NCBI RefSeq assembly: GCF_001194135.2
Contig: NC_069001.1
Span: 26,302,964-26,366,963, forward strand
DNA length: 64,000 bases
Origin: Octopus bimaculoides
Taxonomy: Eukaryota
Direction of reading: 5' to 3'
The notes beneath the pieces were generated by a model. That model worked only from the letters and a program-made list of their open reading frames with translations. It made no database searches and had not been told where the DNA came from. Positions within the stretch are counted from its first letter, which is position 1; each line of letters opens with the position of its first letter. A program made the position numbers and the translations under genes. Below are positions 40,880 through 54,294 of the stretch, in pieces.

Positions 40880-41095
40880 GGCGGCAAGCTGGTAGAATCG
40901 TTAACACGCCGGGCGAAATGTTTAGCGGTATTTCGTCTGCCGCTACGTTCTGAGTTCAAATTCCACCGAGGTCGACTTTGCCTTTCATCCATTCAGGGTC
41001 GATAAATTAAGTACCAGCTGAGAGCTGGGGTTGATGCAATCCACTTGCCCCTTCCCCAAAAAATTTCAGGCCTTGTGGCTATAGGAGAAAGGATT
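40605..41095 (+). mobile_element. Two SINE family A copies joined by (ATT)n
   Basis: The second copy starts immediately after a long (ATT)n with AAGGCGGCAAGCTGG. Confidence 0.9.
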
Positions 41096-41460
41096 ATTAC
41101 CATTATCATTAATATTAGTAGTCGTAGTAGTAGTAGTAGTAGAATTAGTAGTAGTAGTAGGGGCGACAATATCGGGGCTGCTGTTGGCACAATTAATAGT
41201 AGTACTGCTACTACGACTAAACGTTTCTGCGAAGTATCTGCATAGTTGTTCGACCTGCTAGAAATAGGTGTCAAGTCACACATTTACCATCTTAAACAAG
41301 CAAGGCTCAATTAAAACCCACTTTTACTTCAATGAATTTTTGAACGCACTATAAGATAAGGACTCAATACACGGTGCCTAATGCTTTCTTTATCTGTCCT
41401 CAGAAGCTCGCGGGCCCTTGTTTGGATAGATTTATAGTTGTATTTACTTTCATTCCCTTC

Positions 41461-41495
<35 letters not shown>

Positions 41496-41554
41496 TTTCT
41501 TTCTTTCTTTCTCTCATTCTCTATATATATGTCTGCACGTGTGTGTGTGTGTGC

Positions 41555-41790
41555 ACGTGTTTGAGTCTGTGTTTCTCCCTCCACTGCTTGACAACCGGTG
41601 TTCGTGTGTTTATGTCCCCGTAGCTTTGCAGTTCAGCAAAAGGTTCGATAGAATAAGTACCAGGCTTGAAAGGAAAAAGCAAAAAACAAAAAAAAACAAA
41701 CGTAGAGGTGCCGATTCATTCGACTAAGATTCTTCAATCCGGTGCCCCAGCATGGTCGCAGTCTAATGACTTGAAGGAAGTAAAAACATA
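41555..41790 (+). mobile_element. SINE family B 3' half
   Basis: CTGCTTGACAACCGGTG...GATAGAATAAGTACCAGG...GGTGCCCCAGCATGGTCGCAGTC. Confidence 0.8.
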
Positions 41791-42600
41791 AACGATGAAA
41801 GATTAAAATGACGGGATGGTCTAAGCTGGAAAGCCTTTGATCATGCATCATCTCGATGAAGGTTTGACCGAGGGCTAAAAAAGCACCACATTGACATCAA
41901 CAACACATAACCGCCAAACAGCGAAACCAAAACACCAACACAGGGCCAACCACCACCACCACCACCGCTAACAAGGATGCCACCAACACCACCACCACCA
42001 CAACCACAGATAAGGATACAAACAAAATCTCCATCACCACCATCGGTACAACTACGAACAACAACAACAATTACAAAATGACGGTTAGAACTACAACAAT
42101 ATTACCGACAACATCTGCTATTACTACACTTGCTACTATTACTACTCCTGTTGCTGCTGCTGCAGTCATCAATGTTGCTACTGCGGATGCTGCTGCTACG
42201 ACTACTACTACTACTATTACTACTACTTGCTCACATTCGTATCAACTCACATCTACATACGTATGTTCGTACGCTCATACAATCGCACATACACACAAAC
42301 ACATATACATAAGCACGTATATATATACATACATACGTATCTAATCACACCGCCTGAAGCCTCTCACTCTCTTTCTCTCTCTATCTCGCACACACACACA
42401 CACACACACACACAATTTTCCGCTCTATCTGTCTTTCTCCCTCTCCGTCGTCCTTTCTTTGTTCTGTCTTTCCTTCTTTCTATTTCTGTCACTTTCTATT
42501 CTCAACAGACAGGACTTCCCTCAAAATATTTCTGCTGGTGATTCTACCAATATCACTGCGTCATGCAACGCCGAAGTACGTTAATATAATAACTCAATCA

Positions 42601-43208
42601 AAGGCGGCGAGCTGGTACGTTCTGAGTTCAAATTCCGCCGGGGTCGACTTTGTCTTTCATCTTTTTGAGGTCGATAAATTAAGTACCAGTTACGCACTGT
42701 GGTCGATGTAATCGACTTAATCCCTTTGTCTGTCCTTGTTTGTCCCCTCTATGTTTAGCCCCTTGTGGGCAATAAAGAAATAAGAAACGTTAGCACGCCG
42801 GGCGAAATTCTTAGCGGTATTTCGTCTGTCTTTATGCTCTGAGTTCAAATTCCGCTGAGGTTGACTTTGCCTTTCATCCTTTTGGGGTTGTTAAATTAAG
42901 TACCAATTGCGCACTGAGATCGATCTAATCGACTGTCCCACCTCTCCCCCAAAATTTCGGGCCTTGTGCCTAGAATAGAAAAGAATACTATAAGGAGGCG
43001 AGCTGGCGGAAACGTTAGCACGCCGGGAGAAATGCTTAGCGGTATTTCGTCCGCCGCTACGTTCTGAGTTCAAATTCTGCAGAGGTCGACTTTGCCTTTT
43101 ATCCTTTCGAGATTGATAAATTAAGTACCAGTTGCGCACTGGGATTGAGCTAATTGACTGGCCCCAGTCCCCCAAAATTTCGGGCCTTGTGCCTAGAGTA
43201 AAAAAGAA
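42601..43208 (+). mobile_element. Dimeric SINE family A followed by a monomer
   Basis: Dimer 42601 to about 42986 (first head internally deleted), monomer from 42992. Confidence 0.9.
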
Positions 43209-43489
43209 TATAACTATCACAGCAGGAAAGTAATTTCGCATATATCGTTTCGATTCCGAATTGTGTATATATATATTTTTTTTTTCAGAGTAATACTTGA
43301 ATATCCCAATATGTTATTTCATCTTATACGTCAATTTATTTAGCTATCTATCTCTTCACCTGTATCTACCTACTTACCTATCTATATACATAATATTTTT
43401 TTCTAATGTTTGTCACTGGTTAGAGGTCATACTGGGGCATTGAAATCACGAGTCTAAATCCCATTTTTCGAACCGTTAATTTACAGGTT

Positions 43490-44990
43490 AAACCAAAGTA
43501 GCGAGTTGGCAGTATCGTTAGCACACCGTACAGGACGCTTAGCAGCATTTCGTCTATCGTTATTTTTTGTGTTCAAATTCCGCCCTGGTCGACTTTGCTT
43601 TCCATCATATCGTGCGTCGATGAAATAAATCCCACACACGGTGCATTTTTCTCTTTCTTCGCGAAGCGCTATTTCAAGCACAACACAAGGAAAATACTTC
43701 TCTTCGCTGCTATTTCAGTCATAACACACAGATACCTCTGTTCCTTTCCTCCTTCATGAAGTGTATTTAACCACAAGATTCGATGTTCCTTTTCTTTTCG
43801 CCTATCAGTGTAGTTACATTTGTAGAACTGTGTTGAGGCTCTACCGCTCACCGTTGACTAGAAATAAGCTGAGGCATATTTCAAGAAACGGTTTCTATTC
43901 GAATTTAGAATTGTTCTCCGACAAAGTTAACCGTATATACTCATGCATCGGTCACTCTTGTATAATAATCGGGCCGCAAATTTAGCGTTAAATCGTTGTA
44001 GATTTTTCTTCTGACTTTTGCCCTATTTCTTTTCTTTTTGAAACCAAGTATAAGATAGTGTGACTTATATCATGAGTAAACACCGTAAACATTTTTCAAC
44101 AAAGATTGACATCGAAATATAATATATTTATAGAAATTGAACCAGGGATCGAAACCGAGTCGCATTCTTCGCTTTTCCAGACATGGTTGTTATCTATCAC
44201 ACTAATGCTGCAGTAAAGACTCCTTAGTGTGCCACAAGGCCAAACAGTCTCCATTCCTTTTTCTTTATTTCTGTTTGAGATGTTAGTTATGTTGATGTAG
44301 TACGCCATTGATACATTATCTTAATAGTCAACGATGGCAAATTGGCGGAATCGTTAGCCCGTCGGACAAAATGCTTGGCAGTATTTCTTACGGCTCTTTA
44401 AGTTGTGAGTTCAAGTTCTGCCGTGGTCGGCGATGCCTTTTATTCTTCCAGGGTCGAAAAAATAAGTTCTAGTCAAGTACTGAGGTCGATGCAATCGGCT
44501 ACTCCTCCCTTCCAAAACTTCTGGCCCTGTGCCAAAACTTTAAACCATTACTTTGGCAATCCCCACAAAGACATAGTCAACGTCTAGGAATTCGAATCCA
44601 GAGGATAAGGAAACAGAATGACAAACAGCCAGAAATATGAACATAGCTGCAACAAAGATAGGCGCAGGAAATGGGTGTGCCACAAATAAGTTCTCCTAGT
44701 AATTACATGGTTCCGGTTTCGATTCTAAATTGCAGTGTGCTATAGTTTTTCGCCCCCGAAATTCCAGGTCCTTTATTATTGTTTAGTTTATCCTTGTTGC
44801 TTTCGGCACAAGGCCTGAAATTTTCAAAGAAAGGGGCCAGTCGATTACATCGACCCTAGTGTAACAGTACTTGTTTTATCGGCATCTAAAGGATGACAGC
44901 AAAGTGATCCTCGGCGAAATTTGATCTCAGAATATAAAGACGGACTATATATCTCTAGGTGTTTTATTCGGCGAGCTAATGATTCTTGCA
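43490..44990. mobile_element. Scattered older SINE family A copies (43490-43630 +, 44330-44545 +, 44800-44990 -)
   Basis: Recognisable but diverged family A cores. Confidence 0.7.
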
Positions 44991-45597
44991 GTCAACTAAC
45001 TCACCACTATATTGTTTGTATCATTAAAAACCAACAAAACACATTAAGGCACCGTTTAAGCGATTAATATAGTCGGTCGCACCGTTCGTTCCTTGTGCCT
45101 ATGTCAGAAATCAATGTAATCGATTGAGTATGATGTAATACATATACAAAAGTCAGTAGAAGCCAGAGATTATCTGAACTCATTTCGTTAGTTTAAGAAA
45201 GGAAAGCACACACTTCGGAACCAATTACTTATTTACTTCTACCGTACCTGCCATTCCTTGTTTACAGTGTTTAATCACAACATAACTTGACAGAGATTGA
45301 CATGAATGGATTGGGCGCAACGCCAGCAGTTGTAAGAGCAGTAGTTGTAATAGTAGTTGTAGTAGTAGTAGTACGTTTGGTATTGCTTCAGCAACAGCAT
45401 TACTCGTAGTTGTATAAGCATCAACAGCAATGCAGCAGCGACAGCAGTAGTAGTAGTAGTAGTAGCAGTAGCAGCAGCAGCGAAAGTTATAAGATGTCAG
45501 CTGTAATTAAATAATAGCAGTAATCACATGCGACAGATTGTAAGCGCAACATCTTTCAGAGAAAAGTTAATCGAGGCCGATCTATAAACGGTATCCC

Positions 45598-45677
<80 letters not shown>

Positions 45678-46240
45678 TATATATATATATATATACATAT
45701 ATACACACACACACACGTATATACGCACTCCCGTACGTACTCTTGTGTGTGCGTTGGAGATCCCACGTATATTTTTCTAAACATTTTCTCACACACTGTC
45801 TGGCTTTATATATATATATATGTATATGTATGTATGTATATATACATATATACAGAGAGAGAGAGAAGCCACATATTGTGATTTTCTTGGGACTCGGGAT
45901 TCAACGCTTTTGATAAAGACGACCTGTTGATAATCCATTTATAATAACGAGTTTAGGTTCTAGAAACGTTACGAATAATAATTCGATTATGATGTTTGAT
46001 TATTATTAGTAGCTTCTACTTTGTACGTGTGTGTGTGTGAGTAAAAGGCGGAGGAAAGAGAGGGCACTTATGAAGTGCGCGTGCGTAGGTGTGTGTGTGT
46101 GTGGACAAATGTTTGTATGTATAATCTGGTTCCATATTTAATATCGATATGTATGCAAGTGTACTTGTTAATATTAGATGGCGTATATGTGTGGCTGTGT
46201 GTGTATCCCTATATGTGTATGTATGTATGCATGCATGCAT

Positions 46241-46277
<37 letters not shown>

Positions 46278-46929
46278 CACATACACACATAAATACGCAC
46301 ACACGTACACATATATATACATACACGCACATAAATACGTACACACGTACACACACATATATATATCTATATACATACACAAATATATACATACACACAT
46401 ATAAACATACACACACATATACATATATATATATATATATACACACATATATATATACATACACACATATATAAATACACAGATATACATTCACATATAC
46501 ACATACACACACACACACAAACACACGTGTTTGTGTGTGTGTATTCTTTGTGTGTATGTGGAACGTTTGTGTTTTATGCTTCACACAAATCATGAAGTCT
46601 ACATGAAGCAGGCCTTGTCTCTATAAATCAAAAGCAGAGTAAATATACAAAGCAAATTTATACAGAATCAGATTAAATATATATGTGAGTGTACCAAATA
46701 TTGATACACGAGAATATGTATCAGTGTGTATGTTGTGTTTGCCAGACCTTGATTCCGCAAAAGTATGATCAAAAGTGCTGGAACTCTGACCAGCAGCCTA
46801 TTTCTTTTTAATTGTTTTCCCAATCTTTTCATGCGTTTGGGTCGTTAGACCGCAGTATCACTGGGCCTCCGAATCGCCTTACAGGAGTTAGTCTCAGAAC
46901 TCGACAAGCTAGGCTTTCACTCTGAGAGT

Positions 46930-47235
46930 TATTTGTTCTATAGTTATTTTTTTGTTGAACCGCTAAAACGTGGGGGCGTAAACAAACCAGCACGCGATGC
47001 CAAGCGATTCTGGGGAATAAATACAGATACACAGACACATATTCGTATATAGATATATGTGTGTGTGTATCTACGGGTATGACGGGCTTCAACACAGTTT
47101 CTCTCTTACAAAATTCTCTTACAAATTGATCGTACTACGGCTGTGGTAGAAGACACTTGCTCAATATGCCGTGGGAATGGACACGAAATCCAATGGCTGC
47201 AAAGCAAGCTTCTTAACTACACAGCAATGCCTGAG
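46930..47235 (-). mobile_element. SINE family B
   Basis: GACGGGCTTC...GTAGAAGACACTTGCTCAA...GCAAGCTTCTTAACTACACAGC. Confidence 0.75.
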
Positions 47236-47259
47236 CATAGTGAGAAAGAAAAAATGGTT

Positions 47260-47931
47260 TCAGATTTTGGTACAAGGCCAGCAATTTCGATGGAGGGGAT
47301 TAAGACAATTACATCGACCGCAGTAGTCAACTGGTACTTATGTTATATACCTGGAAATGACAGTTCGATTGGACCTCGGCGGAATTTGAACTCAAAATGT
47401 CAAGACGAACGAAATACCGCTGAGCATGTCTCCCGGCGGGTTAACGAAACTGCCAGCTCACTGCCTTAATGATAATAATAATAATAATAATCTCTTCTAC
47501 TAAAGGCACAAGGCTAACAAATCCGAGGGAGAGATACGCAGATTCAATCGAACCCAGTGCGTAACTGCTACTTAATTTATCGACCCCGAAAGGATGAAAG
47601 GCAAACTCGATTCCGGTGGAATTTGGACTCAGAACGTAAAGACGGACGAAATGCCGTTAAGCATTTTGTCCGGCGTGCTACCGATTTGAAGAGGTCGCCG
47701 CCTTCATAATAATAATAATCCATTCTACTGAAGACACAAGGCCTGAAATTTGCGGGGAGAGGACCATTCGATTACATCGTCTTTAGTGTTTCACTGGTAC
47801 ATAATTTATCGACTGCGAAAGGATGAAAGATAAAGTCAAATCGGCAGAATTTGAACGCCAGAACGTAAAGACGGACGAAATACTCCGAAATATTTTGGCC
47901 GGCGTGTTAACGATTCTACCAGCGCACCGTC

Positions 47932-47990
<59 letters not shown>

Positions 47991-48118
47991 CCTTTCTATT
48001 ATAGGCACAAGGCCTGAAATTTGTGGCGAGGGGACTAGTCGATTGAATCGACACCAGTACTTGAATGGTATTTATTTTATCGGTCTCGAAAGGATGAAAG
48101 GCAAAATCGACGTCCCAG
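47260..48118 (-). mobile_element. SINE family A array (four copies with (AAT)n spacers)
   Basis: Repeated heads ending in GCCTT followed by AATAATAAT. Confidence 0.9.
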
Positions 48119-49407
48119 CGCGCATAAAGTAGAGTGCATTTCGGATATGATGATACTGGAATCACACGTTTTTGTTTGCTGTAGAATAATTAGGAGGCTT
48201 CGCTGATATATCTTAGAGGCCGTACAACTGCCTATTATCCTTCCTGGCTTTGCATGCAGGAATATTGCGCTTAGTGTTTGTAAAACTACACGGGAGGTTA
48301 CACACGCACTCACACAAACATAGAAATATATTTGTATATATTACTTATATTAGCCCACTAGGGCTAATATATGCCAAATATAACAATATAGCATATAATA
48401 TGTTAGAATAACATATGTAATATATACAATTATGCATGTAATATATATTTTCTATGTACCATAATAATGCAATTCATAAAATATTAATATATGTAATGCG
48501 ACCGGATTGTGGTGTCTCCCACTACAGTTGTCAATGTGTACTTTCTTGCCTCAAACAGAGATTTTGTTGTTAGAAAAATTTGGTTGTTACTTCTGATAGA
48601 TTGAGCGACAATTTTGAGTGTCTCTGAATGGTTTCCCCTATTTAAGTTGTGTACGGAAATAAAGACGGCGGCTCCCATAAACAGAAGCCATTCATTTTCT
48701 TTCTTATCGGCTCATCAGAATAAGTTTCTTATCCCGTCTAGTCCGTAGTCCGTTATATATATATATATATATATATNNNNNNNNNNNNNNNNNNNNNNNN
48801 NNNNNNNNNNNNNNNNNNNNNNNNNNNNNNNNNNNNNNNNNNNNNNNNNNNNNNNNNNNNNNNNNNNNNNNNNNNNNNNNNNNNNNNNNNNNNNNNNNNN
48901 NNNNNNNNNNNNNNNNNNNNNNNNNNNNNNNNNNNNNNNNNNNNNNNNNNNNTTTTTCTTGTATTTGTTGCTCCATTCTCCAAGTAAATACATAAACTAC
49001 GGTTTAAGCAACATATTACCTGCCTCTAGACGCCCTCTTCCCAAGACGGTACCCATACAGGTGATCCCCAGGAGTGCCTCCGGATTTAAACATCCCCTAG
49101 TTGCTTGGATGCTTCAGACTACCCCTGAAGGATCGAGGCAAACCTACCACTTACCTATATATATATATATATATATTAGAATGGTTTATAAATAAGGGAG
49201 ACGAATTATTGCTACTTCATTGCAAAGCCTGTCTTATGGTATTCGTTACAGTCCTCTGAGTTCGAATGCCGCCAATGTAAACAGTATCTCTTATGATTCA
49301 GTGTCTACAAAAAATGATTATTTTCATTAGCGACGATTCCTCACTTTTTCGCTCTGTTTACGCTTTTTTTTAAAATTTGGTGTATTTGAAAGGAACTGAT
49401 TAGTGTC

Positions 49408-49451
<44 letters not shown>

Positions 49452-50497
49452 ATAATTATTATTATAAGATCTGGTAATTAGTCATATATTAATATATTAA
49501 TTAATATCGATTAATTATCAGGGGGCCAGCACATTTAAAGAATCAAAGAGATTCAGAAATATTATCTGCAATCTCAGGGGATTAAGGTACATTTTAAAAG
49601 TATCTGTGTGTGTGTGTTTGTGTGTGCATATCTTTAGACTTTTAGACTTTAGTCAATTTAGTATTGCTGCTGCGGTCAAGGTAGGGCACTACCTTTAGGT
49701 ATTTAGTCGAACAAATGTACCCAGGACTAATTTCCATATCTGGTACTCGGTTTGTAGGTTTCTTTGACTAGACACCTGCGTTACGAGGATATCAATAAAC
49801 CAGTTCTCAAGCGATGATTTCGGGAGCAAAACAACCACGAACACACACATACAGTGGATTTTGGCAGAATTTAAACTCTCACCGAAAACAGTCGGAATAA
49901 ATTCTGGAAGATATTTTTTCGACGTTGCTGCGTTCATAAGCATTATGAAACAAAAATCGTGGGGAAATATCTCACGATTACGTTCGTCTTAGTACTTCAC
50001 TGGTGCTTGATTCTATTGACCACAGAAGGATAAAAAGCAAAGTTGACTTCGATGGTATTTGAACGCAGAACGTAAAATCCTGTAAGGATTCTGTCTGACG
50101 CTTGAAATATTTTCCCAATCCAACTCTCTTATACAATCTGCCGTATTCATTCCTACACGCGCACTCATACACACACAGCTAACGAAAATATCTAAAATTA
50201 ACCAATGATAGGGACGTAGAGAGTAGTTGATGACGTACTGAAGAACGTCAAAAGTTTTAATGATTTGAAAATTACAACTTGCCTTAAGCGATCGCCACCG
50301 GTCCCAAAAGCAAAATAAAATACTGGCAGTAATTTTTCGCGATTAGTTTGCAGGTAAAATTTTTAAGAAACTAAGAATCAGAACAAATTGTCTCATCATT
50401 TCTCAATAGGAAAACATATGCGCCTTTAAGAAAGGAGGGCAACTGGGGACGTATTTGGATCTTGTTAGTCTTTACCATCCACGGCAATAGTCTTCTG

Positions 50498-50754
50498 TGG
50501 AGGCGCGTGGCCTAGTGGTTAGGGTGTCAGCACCATGATCGCAAGATTGTGGTTTCGATTCCTGAACCGGGCGACCCGCTGTGTTCTTGAGCAAAACAGT
50601 TCGTTTCACGTTGCTCCAGTCGTCTCAGCTGGCAAAAATGAGTAATGCTGCGATGGACTGGCGTCCCGTCCAGCTGGGGAACACATACGCCATTGAAACC
50701 GGGAAACCGGGCCCATGAGCCTGGCTAGGCTTTAAAAGGGCGCATTTATTTTAT
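50498..50754 (+). mobile_element. tRNA-derived SINE family D with V-SINE-like domain and 12-bp TSD
   Basis: A-box TGGCCTAGTGG, B-box GGTTTCGATTCC, GCGATGGACTGGCGTCCCGTCCAG (V-domain-like, from memory). TSD AATAGTCTTCTG at 50486-50497 and 50755-50766. Confidence 0.9.
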
Positions 50755-51359
50755 AATAGTCTTCTGAAGACGACTTCAAGATGTTGGCTAAATTTGTAAA
50801 ATAAAAAAAAAAGAAAAGGAGTTGGCTAAACCAGTATAATTTCCATAATTATTATATGCCAGCTAAGGGAAATAACTCCGAGAGTTTGATAATAGGGTTA
50901 TTCGATAGGGCACAGATTGACGTACTTGAAATACTTAAAATGGTTTGAAATTTGAAACTATGTTGAGGAAACCTGAATAGAATAGAAGTGAATCATCACC
51001 TTCGAACTAATAGATACAGTTCTACATTAATTGTCCCAAATTGCTCACTTGAAATTTGTGTGAAATATGTGTTGTGAGATTTTATAGAAGAAAAGAGTGG
51101 GGCAGGGACACGCTTAGAGGGAGATTAATGCATTAACACGGTTGTATGAATTAAAAGTTAATTCTGCCAAAAAATGGATTCGGTTTCGATCCTCCTTTGC
51201 GGCAAATTGTGCAAGCACTTCTTGCAACTTCCTCGGACAGACCCGTGGTTTGCATATAAATTTGTTATACGGAATCCATATAGGAGTGCGTTGTGAGTAT
51301 GTGTGTGGATACACCTTATACATTTTACTTCTTTCTGTCATGAAGAATGTTTAGTCGCG

Positions 51360-51522
51360 TGAATCGACCCCGAATACTTACTTATTTTAAGCCTGGTACT
51401 CGTTCTATCGGTTTTTTTTTTGCTAAACGGTAAGATACAGGGACGTAATCACGCTAACAACGGTCCTCAAGCGGTAGTGTGGAACAAACAGAGGCACAAA
51501 GACACACATATGCAAACAAACT

Positions 51523-51562
<40 letters not shown>

Positions 51563-51725
51563 TATAAAATAGGGTTCTTCCAATTTCCGGTCACCATATC
51601 CATTCACAAGGTTCTGGTCATCCTAAGGTTATAGTTGAAGACACTTGCCCAAGGTGCTACGCAATGGGACCGATCACGGAACTACGCGGTTGGGAAGCAA
51701 GCTTCTTACCACAGAGCCACACTTG
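51360..51725 (-). mobile_element. SINE family B
   Basis: GAAGACACTTGCCCAAGGTGC...GGTTGGGAAGCAAGCTTCTTACCAC. Confidence 0.8.
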
Positions 51726-51726
51726 C

Positions 51727-51768
<42 letters not shown>

Positions 51769-51994
51769 TTGTATATATATGTGTGCGTATGTAAATTCAT
51801 ATTCATGCATTAATCTGCTAAACAAGCACAATATTTGAAAAATACGCATTATTGGAATTGCTTTCATAATTTATTCTAGAACAATTCAGAGAGAATGGTA
51901 TTTATCATTTTAGTCGATCAATATAAACGTATTCTCCGTAATCTGAAGCAAATTTAAAAGTGCCAATAGAAGGAACCCTCTGCCGTTGAAACTG

Positions 51995-52330
51995 TAACGT
52001 CTGAAACTGGCACTCCGTCGGTTACGACGACGAATGTGCCAGTTGATCCGATCAACGGAACAGCCCGCTGGAGAAAATAACGTGTAAGTAGATGAGCACT
52101 CCACAGGCATGCGTACGCTTAACGTAGTTCTCCAGGAGAACCAGAGTCACACGGAATGTAACAAAGCTGGCCCATTGAAATCCATGTACAACTCATCTTT
52201 GCTAACAGAGTGGACTGCAGCAACATAAGATAAAACGTTATATTCAAGGACAATATGTAACCCAGGGTATCGAACTCACGACTTTACAACCATGAGCCGT
52301 TTACTCTAACCACTAAGCGATGCACCTTCC
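51995..52330 (-). mobile_element. SINE family E (D-type head + C-type tail)
   Basis: Minus: CTTAGTGGTTAG...GAGTTCGATACCC...GTTGCTGCAGTCCACTC...ATGAGTTGTAC...GTTGATCGGATCAACTGG...GTCGTAACCGACGGAGTGCC. Confidence 0.75.
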
Positions 52331-54294
52331 CATTACAACTTCTAACGTTTAATAAAAATACACAGACACATTCGCACAATCTCTGCGTGCGCGCGCGTGT
52401 ATATATATATATATATATATATATGTCAATGTGTGTATATAAATGTGTATGTGCGCGTATGCATACATACATGTGTGTGTATGTGTGCCTGCATGCATAT
52501 AAACATGTATGTGTGTACGTGTGACTACATCGATATTTAAGTTGACAGCGGTTGGAGACGGTGTCTTTTCTTTTGATGGCTGTTTGCAATGCAATGATTG
52601 TAGCAAGTAAAAGAGTATGTCAATGTATGTAGCACTGTATGTTTAATACTTCTGTTTGTATAATTGCCAGAAATTGGGGTGTATATTCTTCGTTGCTTAT
52701 GTGAGTTAAACTAAGTGTACATACTAATGATTATAAACATGTCCATTGGCCTTCTGTCTTTGTCATTTTGTGTGTGTGTGTAAGCATTTATTTGTATGTA
52801 TGCTTACACACACACACACACATATTATATAAACGTACTCATATATACACACACATCGTTTATTTGTGACCTTTTCAACTAAATCATTGTCTTTCTCTCA
52901 CAATCTTTGTTTATATTTTCTTCTCCCTCCGTTTTCTCCTGCTCCACTCCTCCCTCGTTCGCCATCGCCCTTCCGTTCTCTCCTCCTCCTCTCTCTCTCT
53001 CCTCCTCCTCTCTCTCTCTCCTCCTCCTCTATNNNNNNNNNNNNNNNNNNNNNNNNNNNNNNNNNNNNNNNNNNNNNNNNNNNNNNNNNNNNNNNNNNNN
53101 NNNNNNNNNNNNNNNNNNNNNNNNNNNNNNNNNNNNNNNNNNNNNNNNNNNNCTCTCTCCTTCTCTCTCTCTCCTTCTCTCTCTCTCCTTCTCTCTCTCT
53201 CCTTCTCTCTCTCTCCTCCTCCCTCTCAATCCCTCCCCCCTTCCCCCCCCTCCGTCATTTTTTGTGCTGTTCCTTCGTGCTTCTCCTTCTGCCTTTTTAT
53301 CATTCATTCCAAGCGAGATTTCTTGCGTTTAGTTACTGCCTTCATTAACGCACCATTCTGTTATCTCTTGCTTTCTCTTTCACTTTCTTCATATCCTCTG
53401 TTAATTCAAGCCGTGTGTAACACCACCTCGTCTCTTTCTACTATATTTCTCATTCATAATATCTCTTCTCTCACTCAGTCGCTCTGTTTTCTTTGAACTC
53501 TTCATCCTTTCTGTCTATTTTACCCGCTCTCATCCACTCGTTCACAAATCCAGTTGTCCATTCGATCTCATGTTCCCACGTATTCACCCGGCCGATTAAT
53601 CATTCACTCAACTATCACCATAAACTCTCATTCATTTACTATCACTTCAGCATACGCTCACATTCATACGTATGCGCATATATATAGGCCCACACATTTT
53701 TCACACTCGCACACGTACTCGCCCATTCATTCACTCTCCTTGTCAAATCGTGTTGCACTCACCTGGTCAAATATTCACTCATTCGAATTAGCCGAACGAT
53801 GAAAAGAGAAATGCCGCGAAGAAAAGTAACATAACAAAAATAATAACCTAGTGTTGCCTTCTGCATAAAGAACATGCAGTTAAGTGAGGGAGCATCATAG
53901 TATAGTCAGCAAATAAAGGGAGATCGTTGTTAGTTAATTAAAATTGCTCACCTAATGAAGAAAATAATCGTTAGCTCTAATGATTAATAATAATTAAAGT
54001 TAATGATTTTTGTATTTTTGACGGATGAAAGGGAATACCCAACCCAGCGAAATTTGAACCCGTCAAATTAGAGGAGAATGATGCTACGAAATAGTGTTTG
54101 TGATTCAGTCTAGTGTTGGAAACTTCCTGATCGTTATTGTCACTTCGATCCCTGCTGAGTAAGATACCGGATTATTGATTGCTTCTTCAGACACAACTTT
54201 TATTTCGAAAGATTTTTTTCCTTTTTTTTTTTTGTATTAAACTCCTGCATTTCCTTTAATCGACCAGACCGTTCATCAAAAGCGCTCTAGCAAT

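Noticed and set aside
47260-48118. CRISPR-like repeat-spacer pattern
   Set aside because: The units are about 200-bp diverged SINE copies in a eukaryotic genome, with no cas genes.
48680-48725. CTGATGAGCCG...GAAAATG on the minus strand as a hammerhead
   Set aside because: Helix II does not close, there is no GAAAC, and there is no GUH with helix I. At most a decayed remnant.
49140-49160. Perfect minus-strand AG|GTAAGT
   Set aside because: Its upstream side is a (TA)n microsatellite with no exon or pyrimidine tract.
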